DNA of 43,126 nucleotides from Ministeria vibrans ATCC 50519 (lineage: Eukaryota; Protista; Filasterea), in the NCBI GenBank assembly GCA_943704425.1, contig CALSCP010002371.1:37933-81058 (forward strand). Direction: 5' to 3'. The position numbers and the translations under genes are program-made. This document shows, in pieces, positions 35,753 through 43,126 of this stretch. Position 1 is the stretch's first letter, and each line of letters begins with the position of its first letter. The notes under the pieces are model-generated. The model worked only from the letters and a program-made list of their open reading frames with translations. It was not told the DNA's origin and did not search any database.

Positions 35753-37192
35753 TTACATGAAATCGGCGGCTGTCGGGCGTTTCGCTGTGCCTCCGCGGAA
35801 CTGCTTGAGCCGCGCGAGCAACTGCGCATCAATGTCGTCTTCCGAGTCATCGGACGAATTCGACTGCGATCGCTCCCTTTCCTTCCGACTCTTCTTCGAC
35901 TTATGTTCCTTCTTCTTCTCCTTCTTCTCCTTCTTCTTCTTCTTCTTCTCCTTCTTTGGTTTGGCGCTCCCTGCGCTCTTCGGTGGCAGTGCCATCCCAT
36001 ACACATCCGCCGCCGTCGCACTTCCACTTCCCACTCCCACCCGACTCTCCTCCAGTGCAAATCCAGCCAATTGCATTTGCGGCGACTCGCTGCGCTTCCG
36101 TCCCTGCGCAATCTCGGCGACCGTCGCATCACTCAGCATCATCACCTCACTGCTCCCCGTACCCACCACCACCACTGCACTTCCCACACCCACTTCACTC
36201 TCTTCCGTACGTGCTCCCTCTCCCTTCTTCACCACCGCTTCCTTTGACTTCTCGCCATCCTCTTGCTCCTTTTTCCTCTTCTTCGGCACAAACTTAATCT
36301 TCATCGGCACACTCAAATCCTCCTCTTCCTTCTTCTCGTCCACAATCAATGCCTCTCCCTCTGCACCCTTCTCCTTCTCCTTCTCCTTCTCCTCCTCTTC
36401 TTCTTCCTCTTCATCATCCTCTTCCTCGTCATCCGAGTCGTCTGCAAAAATGGATTTAAACAGGTCCATGGTGGGCTTCTCGACTGTCAGCAGTGGGTCT
36501 TCGCCCTGTGACGGCTGTGCATTCGCCCGCTCTCGCTCCTCCTTCTCCCGCGCTCGATTTTTGCGCTCTTGGGCCAACGGTCCAATCTCCGGTCCCAATC
36601 CCATTCGAAATTCGCCCGTCTCCCCAGCGCGATCCATAATCTCCTCCGCCAGCAAATCAATCTCCATCTGCGCACTCGCACTCGGCTTCACCCCAACGTG
36701 CCCCGACTGTGGATACGGATCGGGTACATTGAATCGCTTGCACAACAGTCGCGCCGGATGCCACTCAAACTCCTCGCGCGTGAGCCGTCCAAACATTGCC
36801 ATGGCCGCAGCCGCACTGCGCGTCTCCTCCAGATCCTTTTCAGACTGTTCTGTGCTCTCGCGCGCACTCTGCTCCGCAATCTGACGCGCCTTGAGGCGCT
36901 TCTCCTCCTCCTCGGGCGTCATGTTGGCCGAGGTAAATCGCGATGCCATGTTGTACGATAGCGGTCGGAACATAAGCGCCACACGACAAAATGTCTCAAG
37001 GTCCTCATCGCTCACACTCGCAAAGACCCGCTCAGTCTCGTCCGTCTTGGCAGTCACCGCAGACGCACGCAGAAACGCCTCGTAGAGCGTCTGCTTCTCA
37101 GGTTCTGTGGCAAACGGACGGAAGTTGGAGTTGAGAGCACGCGTGGCCAGTTCAGGTTCGAGCGACGGTCGTTCCTGGTGTACCTAATATTA

Positions 37193-37278
<86 letters not shown>

Positions 37279-39089
37279 GAGTGCCACACACAAACGCACA
37301 CAGACATACATAATGAAGAATACTCAAAATAATACATATATACACACACACACTCACACACAGAAACTCAAAGTGCGATAGGTACTTGAGGAATAGCTGC
37401 GGAAGGTGGAGGGTGAAGGGGCGGAGGGGCGAGGGCAGGTTCGGGGTCGGAGCGGGTCTGGCGCTGCTCGAGACGCGCTCGATCAGAGGGTTTGAGCAGG
37501 TCAAAGACAGACTGTCCTTTTGCGAGTGATGTCGGTGTCTCCTGCTTCTGTTGCTGCTCCTGCAGCAACCGACCGCGCTCGCCGGGTGTTTGCAGTCGCT
37601 GCTGTTCAAGAAAGGAGCGCGACGACGGAGCCGCAGTTGTAATCGTAGTGGGAACAGCAAAGCGGGCGCGTGGGGTGTAGTCGGAGGGAACGGGAGGGGG
37701 AGCGGGAAATGTGGGAGCAGTGTTGACGGTGATGGACGCACGCACAAACCTATAGAGACGGACAACAACCACTCATCAGCAATGAGTTGGCTCTGTCTTG
37801 CGATAGTGTTTATCGTACCCTTTGATCAGCTCCGATTCGTCGTTGCTACCCTGCAACGCATCTTGCACTTCGACAGTCTTTGTCTTTGTTTTTTCGTTCT
37901 TGCCGTTGTGCTTCGCTCGGCTCTTCTGTGCATCCCCACCCCCACCCACAACACGATCGTAAATGTCACGCGATTCCTCCTCGTACACATCGGGGTCGTC
38001 GTCGTCCTCAAGTACACTGATGCCAATGCCTCCGCGCGGACCCACTCGCCCGTCAATGCGCAGTGCAGACGTCTCGCTGCGACTTGTGCCATCGCCACGC
38101 GTCACCGTGGCCACCGACGATGATGCTCGCGCTGTGTCCTCCTCTTGGAACAGCTGAAAGCCTCCCGCCGTGCGGAGAGACTGAGAAGTGTATCCAAGTC
38201 CATGCATATCCAGTTTGGGCGCAAACTCAACGACAGACGAGTCTTCGGGCGCGTACAGTCGCGTGTCCTCGGGGTCCTCTTCAGCCTCCGCCTTGCCACC
38301 GTTCATGTTTGTGTCGGGATCCTCGGCGCCTCTGTCCGAACGCGATCGTGCTGATCGCACCGCGCGTGGCCCAATGCCTCGCCCTTCACGCCAGCCCATC
38401 TTCTTGAGCAACTGTTTACCAATGGATTTCTAAGACAATCACCACAATAATGATCAGCGTTTGCGTTTGCGCTGTTCTCTCAAAACCTTCACTTACATCT
38501 GTCGGCACAAAGAGCTCGTCGACAAGACGCGCCTCAAAGCTATCTGGTGCATAGGTGCGCTTACGCGAGCCTGACTGGTCGCTGTCGCCAGCAAACTGCG
38601 ACGTTGCGATGAGACGACGCGGCGCAATGCCAAACTCGCCCATGTCCTCCTCGTCCATGAAGTCTTCGGGGCGCTGTTCGCCGCGACGGCCTCGAGGACC
38701 GCCAGACTCGTCGTTGTCGTCGTTGGTGTTGTTGTCGTTGTCATAGGGGCTGCGGCCGTGGTCGGCGTGCGCGTCAACGTCCGACGCGCGTTGCGATCGC
38801 GACGACACAAAGGTTGACGGCTGCCATCCCTCGCGCGAGCCGACTGTGTTGAAGTAGCCGGCCGAGAAGCCACCGGTGAATGCACCATGGAATCTGCGCT
38901 GCCCTCGGTCGTCGCGAGCAACCTGATCTTGTTCGCGGAGGGGTTTCTGCGACGCGACGAGACTTGCGAGTGAGCGACGACAAAACACCGAATCAAACGA
39001 ACCTTGCGATAGGGCTCGTCACGATCGTCAGCGCGCACACGAGCCGGGGTACCAAGAACAACGTACGTGTCGGGCGCTTGGCGAGACAT
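35753..39089 (-). CDS. GPATCH1: G-patch domain-containing protein 1 (GPATCH1/TOUGH-like splicing factor)
   Basis: [25 protein letters not shown] and [11 protein letters not shown]-patch [52 protein letters not shown], and terminal RPTAADFM. Confidence 0.93.
37197..37276. repeat. (GA)n microsatellite in a GPATCH1 intron
   Basis: Pure ga dinucleotide run. Confidence 0.95.
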
Positions 39090-39347
39090 GACGAATAAAT
39101 AAATTGAAAACAAACTGAAATTGTTAATTGGTGGGAACAATCAAGTGGCTACGTACTGTCGGCTGTCGTACTCGGTGCTGGTCTTACTGAACATACTTGA
39201 TACTGTACTAACTGTAGGAGACTGGAGCCGCCCGCCGCGCCGGCGTTTTCCCAACACGAACAGCTTTTCGTCGTTGCATTGTATTCTTGGGTGATTCTTG
39301 GATCTGTGGTGCAATAGAAAAAATTAATAGAATTTTTTTTATAGGAA

Positions 39348-40283
39348 ATGAGCGGATCTCGGCGCAAAGAATGGCGCTCCACTCACGCCGTTTCTCTCGC
39401 AATTCCAGGCAATGTCATGCATGCAGGCAACGATGCAGCCTCGACTCGGCCTGTCATTAGCGTGTCTGAGTCGGCCTCCAGCCGCCCGTTGAGCGACGAA
39501 GGCGCCAACGACGATGCCAACGACAGCGGCACTTTATTGACAGAGAGTGACGTTGCCAAGGCACCTTCGCCTGCCTCCAGCGTCGCCGAACGACACCATG
39601 ACCTGGGCACCGCCACCCAGCAGCCTTTGCTCAAGTCACGCGTGCGCATGCAAACAACACATTCTCAATCGCGAGTTGAAGAGTTGCAAAAAACGACGTC
39701 ACCACCACCGCCTCATCGCGGAACCAGCAGCACCGACGCCCTCAAGGTGCCAAAGTCACCGACGCTGGCGACTGGCCGCAAACGCGTTAGAGCGCGCGCG
39801 GCAACTGTGAGCTGCTCGTCGCCGATGGACCGAGACGCGTACGGGCTGGGCTCACACTTGCCGCCTGTCGACTTGCGTCCTTGCTCACCCAGCACTGCGC
39901 ACGCCCCGCGTCGCCCCGTCTCGCCAACAACCCTCATGTCACCATCAAACAGCCGCAAGCCCATGATGAGCGAGGCGTTTCCACGCACCACTACCTCCTC
40001 CGCGTCGTCCTCACCCCTTGTGCTCTCACCTGCACACACCCGTCGCTCCACTGACAACGCCGTAGACGCATCGCGTCCCATGTCTCCGCCCACTCTAGAT
40101 CCCCTTGGTTCTCCCCCGCTAAAAAATGCCAACTGGCCCTGGGTTGCGGGTGTCTCCGCCTCCTCCTCCGCCGCCGTGGGCCCGAAGCGATCATCGCTTT
40201 CACCCCTGCCCGGACGCAAAGCCTCCACAAAGACCCCCTCTGATCTGGAGGTCATCAAACCGCTCCCAAACGCTTGGATGTAA
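39348..40283 (+). CDS. Hypothetical Ser/Pro/Thr-rich, probably disordered protein (311 aa)
   Basis: A GC-rich ATG-to-TAA ORF that fills the gap between AT-rich flanks. No recognisable domain. The ATG follows a T-rich tract plus AG, so an upstream exon is possible. Confidence 0.55.
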   Translation: MSGSRRKEWRSTHAVSLAIPGNVMHAGNDAASTRPVISVSESASSRPLSDEGANDDANDSGTLLTESDVAKAPSPASSVAERHHDLGTATQQPLLKSRVRMQTTHSQSRVEELQKTTSPPPPHRGTSSTDALKVPKSPTLATGRKRVRARAATVSCSSPMDRDAYGLGSHLPPVDLRPCSPSTAHAPRRPVSPTTLMSPSNSRKPMMSEAFPRTTTSSASSSPLVLSPAHTRRSTDNAVDASRPMSPPTLDPLGSPPLKNANWPWVAGVSASSSAAVGPKRSSLSPLPGRKASTKTPSDLEVIKPLPNAWM

Positions 40284-40443
40284 ACCATAAATCAGTATTG
40301 TAACGAACCATTATTCTAAAACGCTTATTAATTTTTTTTTACGATCAAAATTTTACCCGTTGTATCTTTCCACACTTCATAAAAAAAAAGAAACAACTCA
40401 CTCACTCACACACACGCAAAAAGAAATACGTAAAAAGAGGCAC

Positions 40444-40984
40444 TCAGTCGCGGGAGGCAAGCTCGAGGGCATGACACCAGCTGTCTTGCTCCTCCGCAGA
40501 CTCGGCATCCATAAAGTACTCGCGCTGGTCTCGGATGTCCGTGATCTTGAACCTAAAACACGAGTTGTGTGTACAGCGGTCAGTTCATTCCTCCCTCTTC
40601 CTATGTCTGTCTCCTCGCATTGCTTACGCGTGCGACCGACCGAGCGCCGTCAGATCGACCTTCTCGACGGCAGACGAGTCCATTCGGATGATGCCCTTGG
40701 GCTGCTTGTCCTGCGTCGACTCGTAGTAAAACAGGAGAAACTCGTTGAGCACAAACTGTCGGTTGGCCCACTTCTTCACGTTCGGTCCGCCCTGCTTGCT
40801 CAGTTGGCCCATCTTCGTGTTGCCCGGCACAACCGACTTGAAACTCAGGTCCTTAAACAGCAGACGCGCCAGATCAGCCTCTTTGGTAAATTTGCTGTAG
40901 ATTCCCTTCAGCTTCAACTGCAGCAGCAAAAAATAAGAAGAAGAAAAAAGGTTAGAAATGACGCAAAAAAGCAACAACAACAAC

Positions 40985-41020
<36 letters not shown>

Positions 41021-43088
41021 CAGAGTGACACACACACACACACACACAAACGCACACTCCTCCTCTCTCTCTCTCGTACCTGCGCTTGTTTGCACTGCAC
41101 AGCCACCGCAATGAGATTGACTCGCTCCTTCTCCAGCAGAACCAGTCGAGTGCCCATCTTCTTTTTCTCGGCTTGCACCCCCTCCAATTCACTTTCCAGC
41201 TCAGTAATACGCTCGTCTTGTTCCAATCGCTACAAAGCAATAAAAATAACAGTCCATTCTCATCAGTGGCCGCACGTCAAAAACACAACCAAAAAAAACA
41301 AAAAAAAACTTACAATTCCGTTGAGAGCACTAATTTTGCCGCTGGTCGCAGCCTCTTCGGCAGCTCTGCGGGCCTTTTCCGAGCGCAGTTCGTAGTTGAG
41401 CTTGTCGATTGTTGCCTGTTTCATCGCGAGTGCCGCCGAGCTCTCCTCGCGCGTCTGCTGCAACAACACAGAGGCCGCATCCGCCTCTGACGCACGCTGC
41501 TGACGTTCCACCTCGAGTTCTTCCGTCGTGCGGCTTGTGACCGCCTTCTGCTCCGTCAGAAGTGTCTCCAACGTCGCCACCCGTCCCTCAAACGACGTCA
41601 ACTTGCCCTGCTGCATCTTGATCGTCTCCTGAGCCACATTGAGCTCGCCTCGCAGCGACGCAATCTCAGCGGCCTCCTTCTCGGCGTGGACCTTGCGGAA
41701 GTTTTCAAACTGCGCAGCGAGATCCTCCTTGGCCGTGCTTGTGTTGGTCAGCTGGCTCTCCATAGTCTGCATGCTCTCCATCAGTGTCGCAATCTTCTCC
41801 TCCATTTGTCGCTTCGCCTCCTCCTCACGTCGCTTCTCCTCTTCCAACTTGCGCTGTGCCTCCTCTTCCAATCGAACTCTCTCCGCTTCCTCCTCGGCCC
41901 TTCGCTTTGCCTCAGCCTCCTCACGCTCCCTTCGCGCCGCCTCCTCCAGCGCCCGTCGCGCCTCCTCCTCCTCCCGTCGCTTCTTCATCACCTCCTCGCT
42001 GTACAGTCGCTTGCGTACAGTGGTCACCAGTGGAATCCATATGCGCACCATTCGCACGTGGAATCGAACAGCTCGGCGGAATCGTCGCACCGACCGCACA
42101 CCCGCAAGCATCTTATTTAGACTGTCAACAATAGTTTAAAAGGAAAGCCATGCGTTAATAAGAGAGTTTCGACATCGCTCTCTTTTTTTCTCTCTCTCCT
42201 ATTTCATACCGCATTCCGGTGAGCACGGCACAGTAGGCGCTGTAGAAGCGTTTCTTGGCGAGCCATCGCTTGACCTTGCCCACAATAGCATCAATGGCAT
42301 CTCGGTTGTCGCTTGTCAGCTCGTCCATAAATGCCAGTTTACCACCGCGGAAGAACACCTATCACACAACAACAAGCAAAAGTTAGTAGTTCATGATTGT
42401 TTTTTTTTTTTTTTTTTTTACCTTTGTAAGACCCATTTGGAAGTCTTTTCCGCCGTGCAAGTCAAGCGCAACGAGAAGTGCTTCACAGAAGGTAATGGGC
42501 TTGAGCTTGGCCATCATCAGAGGCATCTTGGGAGCGTAGCTGTAAACCAAATCGAACAAAGATAAGAAGGAAGAACGAAATAAAACAAAATCACTTTCGT
42601 ACCGATGGTAGAGATCCTCAAAGGAGCAGCGAGTGGGAAAACCGGCCTGCATGAGGGTGAGCGCAACACACATTCCCGTGTAGCGCAGTTGCTCCATGAC
42701 ATTGTTGGCCTCGAAAATGCCTGGCTTCTGCAGCACGTTGGGTTTGATGCAACGCACAAAGTGCGAGTTGGTCTTGTTCAGGTCCGCCACCAGCTGCGTC
42801 AGTTGCTTCAAAAACTTGTTGCCCACACTCTTGAATCGTCCACCCGAGCGACCGTACTATTTATAATAAGAAAGAAAAGAGGGGGGAAACAAGAAAAAAG
42901 AGAATAAGCGGGGTGAGGACAATGAGGGAATGCAGTACTTGGACATCGTCGTCGTCGTCGGCGGCGGCCGGGAAGAGAGCCTGCACATCAGTCGATTTGC
43001 TCGTGCTCAGGAAGGCAATGAGTTCCTCGTGAATGGTGTCGTTGTTCTTGGCGAGGAAGCCCGTCGTCGAGTAGGTCACCTCGCCGGC
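40444..43088 (-). CDS. Myosin VI-like motor, 3' portion: end of motor, insert-2-like segment, SAH/coiled coil and C-terminal PH domain (5' part outside window)
   Basis: Motor motifs HFAGEVTY, FLAKNND, SHFVRCIKPN, QLRYTGMCVALTLMQAGFPTR and GLTKVFFRGGK. Then an E/R/K-rich helix, a coiled coil and a PH domain (GQLSKQGG..KKWANRQFVL...LFYY...PKGII...YFMDAESAEEQDSWCHAL). Stop at 40444-40446. Confidence 0.9.
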
Positions 43089-43126
43089 AAAGTGAAACAC
43101 CACAAATCCTGATACGCCAAAAAAAA

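Overview
Gene-dense eukaryotic DNA. The introns are short, canonical GT-AG and often AT-rich or carry microsatellites, and the standard genetic code fits. The gene set suggests a unicellular eukaryote, probably a unicellular relative of animals (inference). About 15 protein-coding genes can be traced by hand. In order: the 3' part of a cysteine-string protein (DNAJC5-like) preceded by a 63-bp tandem array; a giant receptor of about 3295 aa; an intronless secreted protein with a degenerate JmjC/cupin domain; an AIFM2/FSP1-like flavoprotein; an LRR protein; a protein O-mannose kinase (POMK/SGK196) homologue; TMEM128-like; a polycystin-2 (TRPP) channel; Rab32B-type GTPase; a CCD1-like carotenoid oxygenase; GLRX3/PICOT; a bacterial-looking secreted protein; GPATCH1; a Ser/Pro-rich ORF; and the 3' part of a myosin-VI-like motor ending in a PH domain. 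The receptor comprises a signal peptide, a poly-Arg micro-exon, Cys-rich repeats, about 44 EGF repeats, a Thr-rich stalk, an SEA-like domain with GSVVV, a transmembrane helix, a tyrosine-motif-rich tail and a degenerate tyrosine-kinase domain. The most interesting items are this Notch/MUC1-like receptor pseudokinase, the apparently intact POMK and the PH-tailed myosin VI-like protein. Family calls rest on motif recall, not database searches.
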